NCBI GenBank assembly: GCA_044229845.1 | Contig: JBGASG010000002.1 | Location: forward strand, 288,001 to 352,000 | Length of the DNA stretch: 64,000 bases | From: Candidatus Obscuribacteraceae bacterium | Lineage (GTDB): Bacteria > Cyanobacteriota > Vampirovibrionia > Obscuribacterales > Obscuribacteraceae | Reading direction: 5' to 3' | Shown: one piece after another, positions 11,584-20,858 of the stretch | Layout of the letters: each line of letters begins with the position of its first letter | Position numbering within the stretch: the first letter of the stretch is position 1 | Notes under the pieces: model-generated | What the model saw: only the letters and a program-made list of their open reading frames with translations | Told to the model about the DNA's origin: nothing | Databases searched by the model: none | Position numbers and translations under genes: made by a program

Positions 11584-11728
11584 GCTCAAGCGATATCGCT
11601 TGAGCGTTTCTAAGAATCGAGAGCTAAAGCGATATCACTTCAGCGTCGCCAAAAATCCAGAGGCAAAGTGATATCAGTTCGGTTTGGACAAGAAACGAGA
11701 AGCTCAAGCGATATCGCTTGAGCTTCTC
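11584..11728. repeat. Four-unit array of palindromic repeat GCTCAAGCGATATCGCTTGAGC (period 39-40 bp)
   Basis: Cores at 11588, 11627, 11666, 11706; the last unit sits in a perfect 32-bp palindrome at 11697-11728. Confidence 0.9.
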
Positions 11729-11749
11729 AAGTGAAGGTGAGGCGACCGC

Positions 11750-12715
11750 CTATTGGGCCTTGACGTGCTCGTCGATCCAGCCGAGGGTATCGTTCATTAC
11801 CTTGTCATCGACCTGCACGTCTTCGAAGACGTAGTGATCACCGTTGGAAACCATCATCAGCTTCTTGTCTTTGGTTTTCAATTTTTCGGCGATGCTTTCG
11901 GCGCTCGAGGGCTTGGTCATTTTGTCTTGTTCGCCCTGGACAATCAGTACCGGCTGGGTCTTGATTTTGCGCGCCATGCCCTTGGTTTTGTACATCAGGA
12001 ACTGACAGTCCATCAGCTCTTTCGGCGTCAGATCGAGCCGCACCAGCGGGTCTTTTTCATATGCTTCGCGGAGGGAAGGCTTGGGAGTACCCATCGCAAC
12101 CAGCTCTTTGCCGTAGTCGAAGCGCTTGTTCGGACCCTTGAACATGCGGTGGCAGACGGTCAGGTAGTTGGTGAGTGTTTTGAAGTGAGCACCACCAGGA
12201 GCAGAGGAAATGATGCCTTGCGTAAGCGTTGGAAATTCCTTGGCGGCGCGCAGCGCGGTCGCCCCGCCCATCGCTTCGCCCAGAAGAAATACGGGAGTGT
12301 TTGGATACTCCTTGTGCAGCCCTTCCAAGGCCGCTTTGACGTCGGAAAGAATGTCGTCGTGATCCATTTTTTGTTTCGGATCTTTTTGACGCCAGGCGCC
12401 GAAGCCGCGCAGATCCATGGAGTACACGGTGATGCCTTTCTTGGCTGAGCGCTCACCGAAGTTTTCGAAGGCGCCGGCATGCAACCCCAGCTCGTGCAGC
12501 GTTAGAACAACGGCTTTCGGAGTGCCGTCGGCTTTCCAGACCCAGAGCGGCGGTGCATTGGGAATCAAGTCTTCCTTGGTGGCGGTGCTTTCGCGGGCAT
12601 CGGCAACCAAGGTAGTTACCGGTCCGAGTGCCGTCAGAAAAACTGCCAATCCGACGGTCAGTGCCTTGAAGGTCAGCTTCGCCGCATTTAGTCTGGTCAT
12701 GCTATTTAACTCCAA
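11750..12715 (-). CDS. Secreted lysophospholipase-like alpha/beta hydrolase (Hydrolase_4), nucleophile Ser replaced by Ala
   Basis: Signal peptide; HELGLH, DLRGFG, GEAMGG (GCG at 12272-12274), QGEQD, GDH. Confidence 0.88.
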   Translation of the reverse strand: MELNSMTRLNAAKLTFKALTVGLAVFLTALGPVTTLVADARESTATKEDLIPNAPPLWVWKADGTPKAVVLTLHELGLHAGAFENFGERSAKKGITVYSMDLRGFGAWRQKDPKQKMDHDDILSDVKAALEGLHKEYPNTPVFLLGEAMGGATALRAAKEFPTLTQGIISSAPGGAHFKTLTNYLTVCHRMFKGPNKRFDYGKELVAMGTPKPSLREAYEKDPLVRLDLTPKELMDCQFLMYKTKGMARKIKTQPVLIVQGEQDKMTKPSSAESIAEKLKTKDKKLMMVSNGDHYVFEDVQVDDKVMNDTLGWIDEHVKAQ

Positions 12716-12740
12716 CTCCAGTGTGCGTGATTCAGTGCTA

Positions 12741-15503
12741 CTAGTTGCTCTTGGGGGTGGTCTTCACCGTATTTGGTGCGGCGCCCTTTTTAATCGACCG
12801 GGTCGTGTCGGAAACGGGAACCGCCGCTGATTTGGCGTCAATGTCAACTTGGATGCCGGGTCCGGGACTGCAGGGTTTCACTCCAAGAACCACTTCGGCG
12901 CCTTTCCACTTATTGGCGATGAAGACTGGGGTCTGAACTTGAGCGCGATCGCGCAGGACCTCTTCTTCAACTCTCGCCTTCATGTAGCTGTAGGCATCCT
13001 TGAGTGTGGTCTCAGTTCCTTTGAGCCGCAAACCGTCGATAAGTTTACGGGTAAACACGCCGTTAGGGTAGTTCTTGGACTCCCACGAGATTTGATCGGC
13101 TTCACTTGAGGCAACAATCAGCTGACCGGCGCCCACTTGCACGTTGTCGTTGATGATACCGGCACGGTGCATGCCTTTACCGCCCTCGCCGGCTGCAATT
13201 TCCACGCCTTTTCCGCCTTCGCCGCCGGTTCCACCGGCTGAGGCGCCAGAGCCACCGCCGCGACTGGCGACCGTATCGTCCATGGCGCCACCATGGCATA
13301 CGTCAGCGACCAGCACCACACGGTTGCAGTGAATGAGATCCTTTATCCCGGCGGTCAGGTACTTCATAGGAATGCCGGTAAGAATCAAATTGTTCATGGT
13401 CGCATCGTAGGGAACGACGAAGTTGGCGTTTCCGAGTTGCTCCACCGCGCTGCTGCCGTGGGTGGAGATGTAAACAACCACCAGGTCGTCGCAGGTCGCA
13501 ACTTTGCCCAGATACTTGTCACCTAAGTAGTTGGTGATGTTCTGGCGAGTGGCATCCTGATCCAGAAGCAGCTTGACATGATCGGGAGCGAAGTTTGCTT
13601 CGTTGATCAAATAATTCTTGAAGTCGGTGGCATCTTTGGCGGCAAACTTCAAATTGAGGTCGGTATCTTTGAAGTTGCTGATGCCAATCACTAGAGCCCA
13701 CTTGTCGTGGACAGAAGCATTGGATCCGGTGTCCGCAGCATCAGCGGGTGCCGCCGCCTGTGATGCGGATGAGCTGGGGCTGCGATAACCGGGCAGTTTA
13801 GACTTGATGCTGTCGGCGCGTTTCTGCAATGCGACTGCTTCTTCGGTCTTAGAAGAATCGTTCTGCGCCACCAACGCCTGAGACAGGCATTCGAGATCAC
13901 CGGCAATCGCGCCATCTTCATTGGCCAGTTCGTCGTTCTTCAGGAGCTTGCGATAGAGTTTCTCTGTCTGAGTCGGTTGCTGAGTAATTGAGTAGAGCTC
14001 AGCCAGTGTCCGCATCACTTCAACAGTGATCGGACCGGTTTCTCCCTGGGTGTCAATCAGCATCGGCAATGCTTCTTTCAGCAGGCTTTCGGCGGAGGCA
14101 TATTGCTGGCGAGAGATACGCACGCGTGCCAGGTGGAACATCTGAATGGCGATGCGCGCATCATGGCAGTCTGTACAGGAATCGGTGCGCAGCTTGCGAG
14201 CCTTCTCGAGAATCGCGTCAGCCTTCTCCAATTTGCCCCAGTCGTAGTTCAACAATCCATCGCTATTCAACGCAATGATCAGGTTGGGTGACTTGGTTCC
14301 TTCTCCCTCGACAATCAGCTGCAGTGCGTAAAGGTAAAGCTTCTCGGCTTTCTCGTACTTGCCCTGCAGCATGAAAACGCGCGCCAGCTCACTGGCATAC
14401 GGCGCCACCACCACCGGACTACCTTCGCACTTGACTGAGATTTCCAGAGCTTTTTCGGCGGCCCGCTCGGCAGCAACATACTGGTCGGCATCCGTGAGTG
14501 GCTTGGTCAGCTGACGGAGCAGCTCGGCGACCTTGAGATTGTCCTCGCCGAAAGCATCTTGCTGCGTTTGCACAGCGCCTTGCAGCAGTTTGATCGACTG
14601 CGGATAATCTCCCCGAGAAAGGTAGAGTTTCGAAAGCTCCGCTACCAGACTTGTATATTCGTCGCCCGGGCGCGGGTTTTTCTCAAGCGATGCTATACCC
14701 TTTTTCAGTAGCGCTTCGGCGTCAGACATCTTTCCTTGCGCGAGATAGAGCCGCGCCAGCAAAAGTTCACCATGGACGGTGGCTGGAGCATCGGGTCCCA
14801 ACTGCTCGTTCTCCGCCAGCGCCTGCTTAAGCAAAGGCTCCGCATCCAGAACTTTCTTTTGTTGAAGATAGAGCACCGCCAGCCATTCCAGCTGCGGAGC
14901 GGTAAACGGTTTGCCCTTGCCCGCCGACTTTTGCGCGAAAGCAAGAGCCTTTCTGTAAGTGGCTTCGGCTTCCGACTCCTTCCCGACGGCTTGATAGATG
15001 ATGCCCTGGGCATGCAGCGCCCGCAATAACTGCTCCGGAGAGTCGGACTTTTTCTCGAGAATAGCGACAGCACGATCAGCAGCGGACTGGGCGTCGGCAT
15101 ACTGCTCCATCGTTACCAAAACACTGGCATAGCCAGTCAAGTCGACACCCAGATCCGGACTGCCGGCACCCCGGACTTTTTCATCGATGGCAATAGCCTG
15201 TTTCCAGAGTTCCGCCGCCTCGGCGGTCTTGTTGCGATTGACTTTCACGTCGGCAAGCGTACGCAGCAAGTCTCGCCTGCGGGTGTCTTTCTCCGGGAAA
15301 TCGGCAGTTTCTTTGAGAGCAGACTGGAACTGGCGCTCAGCTTCCGAATACTTACCTCGGTCGAGAGCCGCGAAACCGGCATCATTGAGGCTCTTATACA
15401 ACACCGCGTCGGCAAAAGCCGGCTGCGACAGCAGCATAAAGGCGACCGAGAGTGTCGTCGCCAGTTTGGCAGACCTGTAAATAGTCGTTTTGGAAAGAAA
15501 CAT
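12741..15503 (-). CDS. Secreted TPR-repeat protein with C-terminal caspase-like (peptidase C14) domain
   Basis: Signal peptide ending AFA; ~550 aa of TPRs; KWALVIGISNF, ISTHG (His), ADVCHGG (Cys), NGVFT, QTP. Confidence 0.92.
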   Translation of the reverse strand: MFLSKTTIYRSAKLATTLSVAFMLLSQPAFADAVLYKSLNDAGFAALDRGKYSEAERQFQSALKETADFPEKDTRRRDLLRTLADVKVNRNKTAEAAELWKQAIAIDEKVRGAGSPDLGVDLTGYASVLVTMEQYADAQSAADRAVAILEKKSDSPEQLLRALHAQGIIYQAVGKESEAEATYRKALAFAQKSAGKGKPFTAPQLEWLAVLYLQQKKVLDAEPLLKQALAENEQLGPDAPATVHGELLLARLYLAQGKMSDAEALLKKGIASLEKNPRPGDEYTSLVAELSKLYLSRGDYPQSIKLLQGAVQTQQDAFGEDNLKVAELLRQLTKPLTDADQYVAAERAAEKALEISVKCEGSPVVVAPYASELARVFMLQGKYEKAEKLYLYALQLIVEGEGTKSPNLIIALNSDGLLNYDWGKLEKADAILEKARKLRTDSCTDCHDARIAIQMFHLARVRISRQQYASAESLLKEALPMLIDTQGETGPITVEVMRTLAELYSITQQPTQTEKLYRKLLKNDELANEDGAIAGDLECLSQALVAQNDSSKTEEAVALQKRADSIKSKLPGYRSPSSSASQAAAPADAADTGSNASVHDKWALVIGISNFKDTDLNLKFAAKDATDFKNYLINEANFAPDHVKLLLDQDATRQNITNYLGDKYLGKVATCDDLVVVYISTHGSSAVEQLGNANFVVPYDATMNNLILTGIPMKYLTAGIKDLIHCNRVVLVADVCHGGAMDDTVASRGGGSGASAGGTGGEGGKGVEIAAGEGGKGMHRAGIINDNVQVGAGQLIVASSEADQISWESKNYPNGVFTRKLIDGLRLKGTETTLKDAYSYMKARVEEEVLRDRAQVQTPVFIANKWKGAEVVLGVKPCSPGPGIQVDIDAKSAAVPVSDTTRSIKKGAAPNTVKTTPKSN

Positions 15504-15593
15504 GGGGTTTTTCAGCACTACTTCAGTTTATCCGGCAAGTACCCGTGTGGGCGAGGTATCCTATATTTTTGACAGGGAAAGGCGCAACTTTAG

Positions 15594-16331
15594 GTGTCTG
15601 TTGACAACGAATTAATATCCGCGGCGAGGGCAGCTCTGGGCGAACCCAACGGCGAGCTGGCGGAAAAGCTCTACGACGAGCTGATTGCGCTCATCGAGGC
15701 CAAGCACTCTGGCAACCAGCGCGAGGTAGCAGCCACACTGGGGGCGCTGGCAAAAGCTCTGGATGCGGAGGATTCGCCCGAGAAGTCGATGCAATTCAAA
15801 CAGCGCACGACGGAAATCATGCTCAAACGCAGCATGGCCGCCCGCATGGCTGAGCGCCAGCTGCCTAAAATGCAGAACCAGCCGACTCTACATTCGACGC
15901 CTCCGCCGCCTTTTGCCAAGTTGGAGTACCTGTACATAGGTTGCGCCGATTTCGAGCGTGACCTCAAGTATTACCGAGAGGTGCTCGGCGCGCAGCTCTT
16001 GTGGGCCTTCGACAAGTTCGACGCCAAGGTTGCCGCGCTGAAAGTGGCTTCAGGACCGCCGCTTCTTCTGGCAACCCACCGTCCGGCACCGTCCTGCCAG
16101 CCTATTTTTTCACTGCCCGTGGGCGGTTCTCTCGATGCGCTGATGAAGAATCTCAAGCAACGGGGCTGGCAAGTAGAAGGCGAGCCGATGGAAACGCCGA
16201 ATGGACCGACCGTGCTGTTCAAAGATCCCAGCGGCAACTTGTTTGCCGTACTGCAAAACGATCGACCGGATGCTATGGAAAAGTCCTATGCGGATGAAAA
16301 CAATCCCAATGCGATTCGCATGAAGGACTGA
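15594..16331 (+). CDS. VOC/glyoxalase-family protein with N-terminal helical (TPR-like) extension
   Basis: C-terminal YIGCADFERDLKYYREVLG..ETPNG..FKDPSGN. Confidence 0.8.
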   Translation: MSVDNELISAARAALGEPNGELAEKLYDELIALIEAKHSGNQREVAATLGALAKALDAEDSPEKSMQFKQRTTEIMLKRSMAARMAERQLPKMQNQPTLHSTPPPPFAKLEYLYIGCADFERDLKYYREVLGAQLLWAFDKFDAKVAALKVASGPPLLLATHRPAPSCQPIFSLPVGGSLDALMKNLKQRGWQVEGEPMETPNGPTVLFKDPSGNLFAVLQNDRPDAMEKSYADENNPNAIRMKD

Positions 16332-16354
16332 ACAGGACTGAACAGGACTGAACA
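16324..16354. repeat. Tandem repeat AGGACTGAAC x3
   Basis: Spans the VOC stop codon between convergent genes. Confidence 0.85.
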
Positions 16355-16356
16355 AG

Positions 16357-17403
16357 TCACTCGCGAATCGGAATCACGGATAGTCGCTTCAAATCGGTGA
16401 CCTGACCGACGCCGGCATCGATCAGTTGCTTCAACAGCTCGCCGCAGGAAGTTTCCTTAGCGAAGTCGCGCTCTTGCCTGGTGATGCGCGTAGCGATCAC
16501 CATCTGCATCAAGCCATTGGAGAGCTGCACCGTAGATGGTATCGACTCGGTTTGCGCCGGCATAAACAAAAAGTCGAAGAACGAGCCGTCGAAAAGCCGC
16601 AGATCCTGGACGGTGATGCCGCCATGCTCGACAATTTTTCCGAAGATGTCCCGGCAATCGTTGAGTTCATTCTCCGCCACCCAGGTGAGCACCGCCATCG
16701 AATCGGTATCGGCGGGATCGGCGAGAATCAGTCCCACCTCATATCCGTAGCCCGCCCAATGTGGTGGCACATATGCGGGAACGCGACGCGCCAGCCTCGT
16801 ATTGAACGACTTGTTGCCGTCCGGTTCGTCGACTCGCTCGAAATCGGCCACGTAGGCACTGCTGGGCATGTCCGGGTTGGACAGACCGCAAGTCACCTGC
16901 ACCCGCTTACCAGCCAGTTTGCAGTCTTGACTGAAATCGAACAATCCGCCGCCCGGCCAGTGCACTGTCATCAGCTTGTTGATATCTTGAGGAATGGCAC
17001 CGAAGTGGTCTGCGAAAAAGGTTTCCCGTTCTTCGTAGACGCGGTTCCAGATCACCTCGTCACGCTCGTCGCGCTCGGCTTCGATGTCGTCGGTGTCGAG
17101 GTACGCCGTCTTCATCGAGAACGACCAGCCCTCGCCTTCCTGAGCCATGGTAACGTTGATGCCTTCGGCACCGAGCGCGATAATGGCTTCCCAAGCCGCT
17201 TCGTGCAGCTCAGCTGTCGGCACGGTAATCACTTCGCCGGCACACGACTCGCTGGTGATGCTGTACGAATATCGTCCCGTGCACTGCTCAGGCACCTGTT
17301 CGACCCGGCAGTCTATAGACGTAAATCGTTCCGGCGTCGAGCTGATTAGAGCCGATGCCAGGTTGTTGATGCGCTCTTGTACTTCTTCTTCGGTGACGGT
17401 CAT
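16357..17403 (-). CDS. Suppressor-of-fused (SUFU) domain protein
   Basis: VTCGLSNP, GYGYE, ITRQERDFAKE..LL..L..VTDLKR.S tail typical of bacterial SUFU; acidic composition. Confidence 0.7.
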   Translation of the reverse strand: MTVTEEEVQERINNLASALISSTPERFTSIDCRVEQVPEQCTGRYSYSITSESCAGEVITVPTAELHEAAWEAIIALGAEGINVTMAQEGEGWSFSMKTAYLDTDDIEAERDERDEVIWNRVYEERETFFADHFGAIPQDINKLMTVHWPGGGLFDFSQDCKLAGKRVQVTCGLSNPDMPSSAYVADFERVDEPDGNKSFNTRLARRVPAYVPPHWAGYGYEVGLILADPADTDSMAVLTWVAENELNDCRDIFGKIVEHGGITVQDLRLFDGSFFDFLFMPAQTESIPSTVQLSNGLMQMVIATRITRQERDFAKETSCGELLKQLIDAGVGQVTDLKRLSVIPIRE

Positions 17404-17498
17404 GGTTCTCAAATTACCGCTGATTTGGAGGGGACGGTTCAAGCTCCATGTACCTCTATAATCTGTAGGCTTAAACCCCAGAGCAAAGGAATCCCTCC

Positions 17499-19517
17499 GT
17501 GCCGCAAAAAAACCTGCTTACAACCACCCTGACAGCCGTCATTTCTACAGTTGCCATTGGCTGGGTGCCGCCGGCAGGTCATGCAGAAAATTCCAGCGCG
17601 CCACCCCCGCCCCCAACATTACCGCTGCCGGCCAACATGGTGCTGGAGAATGTGCCACCAATTCCGGTGGCATTGCGGACCTTGCTCGATCGCTACGCTT
17701 TTTACCGTCAAGCCGGATGCTATTCGTGGCATCCCAAGAAGCGCCAACTTCTGATTGGCACCACTTTTGCCGACACATCGCAGATTCACCATTTGACCCA
17801 GCCGCTGGGAGCGCGCACGCAGTTTACGTTCGCGCGTGAGCGCTCCACCGATGCCTCCTATCAGCCGACTGAAGGCAACTTCTTTATCTTCAGCCGCGAC
17901 GCGGGCGGCAACGAAAATTACCAGAAGTATCTATTTTCACCGGAGGCGCACTCGGAAACGCGGCTTACCGACGGCACGTCCCGCAACCTCCACACGGTGT
18001 GGTCGACACAGGGTGATTGCTTCGCGTACAGTTCCAATGCCCGCAACAAAGACGAAATGGATCTTTGCCTGCTGCAACCTGCCGCATCACCGCCGGTGGC
18101 AAAAATACTCTGCGAGCTGCACGGCGAAGGTTGGGCTCCTCGCGATTGGTCGCCCGACGACAAGCAGATATTGCTGCATCAACAGGTATCCGTCAACGAA
18201 TCGTATTTCTGGCTGGTCGATGTCGCCACCGGTGAAAAACGACGTTTCTTGCCGAAAAATGAAACCAAAGGCGCGCCAGTCGCCTATGGCGGCGGCACGT
18301 TTTCGCCCGACGGCAAGCGCGTTTACATCACCTGCGACCGCGACGGAGAGTTCGACCGGCTGGCCTGGGTCGACGTCGCCACCGGAGAGATCAATTACCT
18401 GACCGCGGATAAATGGAACGTCGATTCCTACGCCCTCTCATGGGACGGCAAGCAGATCGCCTACGTTCAAAATGAAGACGGTTTCTCCGTCCTGCACATG
18501 CTTGACACGCAAAGCGGCAAAGAAATACCGATCGCCGCTGCTCTGCCGAAAGGCACCATCGACGACCTCACCTGGCACAAGAGCAACTGCGAACTGGCTT
18601 TTTCGTTTGAAAACTACGCCACCGCCAATGATGTCTACTCGCTGAGCGCCGACGGCAGCAAACTGGAGCGCTGGACCGAATCCGAAACGGGCTACTTCAA
18701 CGCCGCCCGCGATGCTATGCCACCACAACTGGTGCGGTGGCGATCTTTTGACGGCAAAGAAATTCCGGGACTGCTCTACAAACCGCCGGCCAGGTTTACC
18801 GGCAAACGGCCGGTGATCGTCATGATCCACGGCGGACCGGAGGCGCAGTCGCGAGCGCTTTACCTCAACAAGGGCAACTATTACTTGAACGAACTGGGCG
18901 TGGCGCTCATCTATCCCAACATTCGCGGCTCGTCCGGATACGGCAAAAGCTACATCGCCGCCGACAACGGCATAAACCGGGAAGTAGCGTTCAAGGACAT
19001 CGGCGCGCTGCTCGACTGGATCAAGACGCAACCCGATCTGGACGCAGACCGGGTGATGATTATGGGCGGCAGCTACGGTGGATTTATGACGCTGGCCATC
19101 TCAACTTTGTACAGCGACCGCATTCGCTGCTCCATCGACATCGTCGGTATCTCGAACTTGATCACCTTTCTGGAAAACACCAGCGGTTATCGGCGCGATC
19201 TGCGGCGTGTCGAGTACGGCGACGAACGCGTCGCCGAGATGCGCGAATTCATGAAACGGATTGCCCCGGCTCTGCATGCGGACAAGATCAAGAAACCATT
19301 GTTCGTCGTGCAGGGCGAAAACGACCCGCGCGTGCCGGCCAGCGAAGCACTGCAGATGGTGGCAAAGGTGCGTGAGCAGGGAACCCCGGTCTGGTTTTTA
19401 ATGGCCAAAGACGAGGGGCACGGTTTTAACCGTAAAGCCAACGTCGATTACCTGTTTTACGCCACCGTGCTGTTCGTTAAGAAGTTCTTGCTCGACGAGC
19501 CGGCTCAGCAGCCTTGA
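17499..19517 (+). CDS. Secreted S9 (prolyl oligopeptidase family) peptidase
   Basis: Signal peptide, PD40-type propeller (WSPD, FSPDGK), HGGPE, GGSYGG, NDPRVP, DEGHGF. Confidence 0.95.
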   Translation: MPQKNLLTTTLTAVISTVAIGWVPPAGHAENSSAPPPPPTLPLPANMVLENVPPIPVALRTLLDRYAFYRQAGCYSWHPKKRQLLIGTTFADTSQIHHLTQPLGARTQFTFARERSTDASYQPTEGNFFIFSRDAGGNENYQKYLFSPEAHSETRLTDGTSRNLHTVWSTQGDCFAYSSNARNKDEMDLCLLQPAASPPVAKILCELHGEGWAPRDWSPDDKQILLHQQVSVNESYFWLVDVATGEKRRFLPKNETKGAPVAYGGGTFSPDGKRVYITCDRDGEFDRLAWVDVATGEINYLTADKWNVDSYALSWDGKQIAYVQNEDGFSVLHMLDTQSGKEIPIAAALPKGTIDDLTWHKSNCELAFSFENYATANDVYSLSADGSKLERWTESETGYFNAARDAMPPQLVRWRSFDGKEIPGLLYKPPARFTGKRPVIVMIHGGPEAQSRALYLNKGNYYLNELGVALIYPNIRGSSGYGKSYIAADNGINREVAFKDIGALLDWIKTQPDLDADRVMIMGGSYGGFMTLAISTLYSDRIRCSIDIVGISNLITFLENTSGYRRDLRRVEYGDERVAEMREFMKRIAPALHADKIKKPLFVVQGENDPRVPASEALQMVAKVREQGTPVWFLMAKDEGHGFNRKANVDYLFYATVLFVKKFLLDEPAQQP

Positions 19518-20057
19518 CATCGGCGCGTTTTTGCTCTACAGTAGGCAATGGCAGCGCTTTTTGCTGCTATCTGGAAACACTTACTAACAACCAAACGCCA
19601 CGGAGGTGCCGACCAGCGCCGTAGCCGTCACGCTTCTTGTGACTGCCGACGCCATCGACTCCAGAACCGCGCACAGCCCTACGGGACGTGCGCAGTTATC
19701 GCAGCGACAGCCAATTCTTCTCGTCATGCGTCAGCCTGGCATCAAGCTATGCCGCCGTGCCCTTCGGCACTGCATATAGTGGCATGCCTGTGTGCCGGTG
19801 CGCGCTCACGCGCGTCCCGAGCAAACTGCCGGCGCGGATGAGGGGCGGCAGTCCTGCTTCCCCTGACATTGCGAAAGGGGCGAGCTCTTGTTCGCCTCCA
19901 ACCGGACAGGAAAAGAGTTGCCCGCGCCGGACGAACACGTCCGGGCAGTAATACTCTGAAACTGCAAGTCCGGCTGGGGAAAGCGGCCGCATGGGGCAGT
20001 GAAACCGATGAAAATGGTCGCCACTACAGGTGGTGTTCACTCCACGGGTAATCATCC

Positions 20058-20315
20058 ATGTCGAAGACAAATAAACTCGCCTTCATGGCGGCCGTCATGC
20101 TGACAGTCGCCATCGGCACCAACGTGCTCGAGGCCAACGCCCGAACCCGATTCGAGAAACTGCGCATCGCGCCCCCTCAAAGAACCGTCCATGCGCACAA
20201 GTACCGCAAACCGACGCCGATGCCGCTCATGTACAACCAGCGCTCGGTCGCCACATCCTCAACCCATGCGGATGAACTGGCGCAAATTCAGGGAAGCAAC
20301 TCCCTGATTCAGTAG
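20058..20315 (+). CDS. Small secreted hypothetical protein
   Basis: Signal peptide ending ANA; terminator downstream. Confidence 0.6.
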   Translation: MSKTNKLAFMAAVMLTVAIGTNVLEANARTRFEKLRIAPPQRTVHAHKYRKPTPMPLMYNQRSVATSSTHADELAQIQGSNSLIQ

Positions 20316-20371
20316 CAAACTGATTAGATAGATAGTTTTATTTTAGGAAGGCAGAAAACGGTAACCGGGAG

Positions 20372-20395
20372 GAGGAGTCGCAAGACTCCTCTTTT
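20372..20395 (+). terminator. Rho-independent terminator
   Basis: GAGGAGTC-GCAA-GACTCCTC hairpin followed by TTTT and further T-rich tracts. Confidence 0.8.
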
Positions 20396-20429
20396 CGTTC
20401 GGCGTTTCTTTTCGTCGTTTCGTTTTCGT

Positions 20430-20849
20430 TCAGTGCTGGGTGACGATATAGGCGCCAGCACAAATCAGCACGGCTCCCAGCGCCACTTTCCAGGTCAATG
20501 CCTCGGAAAGAAAAATCGCCGCCAGCGCCACCGTCACCACCAGCGAAGCCTTATCGATAGCCGCCACCCGCCCTGCGTCGCCGACTTTCAGCGCCGCGAA
20601 ATAACAGAGCCAGGAGGCGGCACCACACAGTCCACTCAATATCACCGGCAACCAGTCTTTACCGGAGAGTTTCAGCACGGCATCCGGCTTGCCTTGAAAA
20701 AGTAATACCGCCACCAGCATGGCTGTCATCACCAGACAGCGCGCCGTGGTGGCAACGGTGGGATCCACCGCCTTCAATCCGACTTTCCCGAATATAGGCA
20801 CCAGTCCAGCGAACAATGCAGAGCCGACAGCCAACAGGATCCAGTTCAT
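20430..20849 (-). CDS. Small EamA-family (half-DMT) transporter
   Basis: FAGL..IFGKVGL, SWLCYFAALK.G, IDKAS, FLSE. Confidence 0.9.
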   Translation of the reverse strand: MNWILLAVGSALFAGLVPIFGKVGLKAVDPTVATTARCLVMTAMLVAVLLFQGKPDAVLKLSGKDWLPVILSGLCGAASWLCYFAALKVGDAGRVAAIDKASLVVTVALAAIFLSEALTWKVALGAVLICAGAYIVTQH

Positions 20850-20858
20850 AACATCCTC

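Noticed and set aside
11486..11671. 61-aa ORF with a 13-aa repeat (LKRYxxSVxKN)
   Set aside because: A by-product of the 39-bp DNA repeat; the frame stops inside the third unit.
11584..11728. CRISPR array
   Set aside because: The linkers are only ~17-18 bp and similar to each other, the repeats are degenerate, and no cas genes are present.
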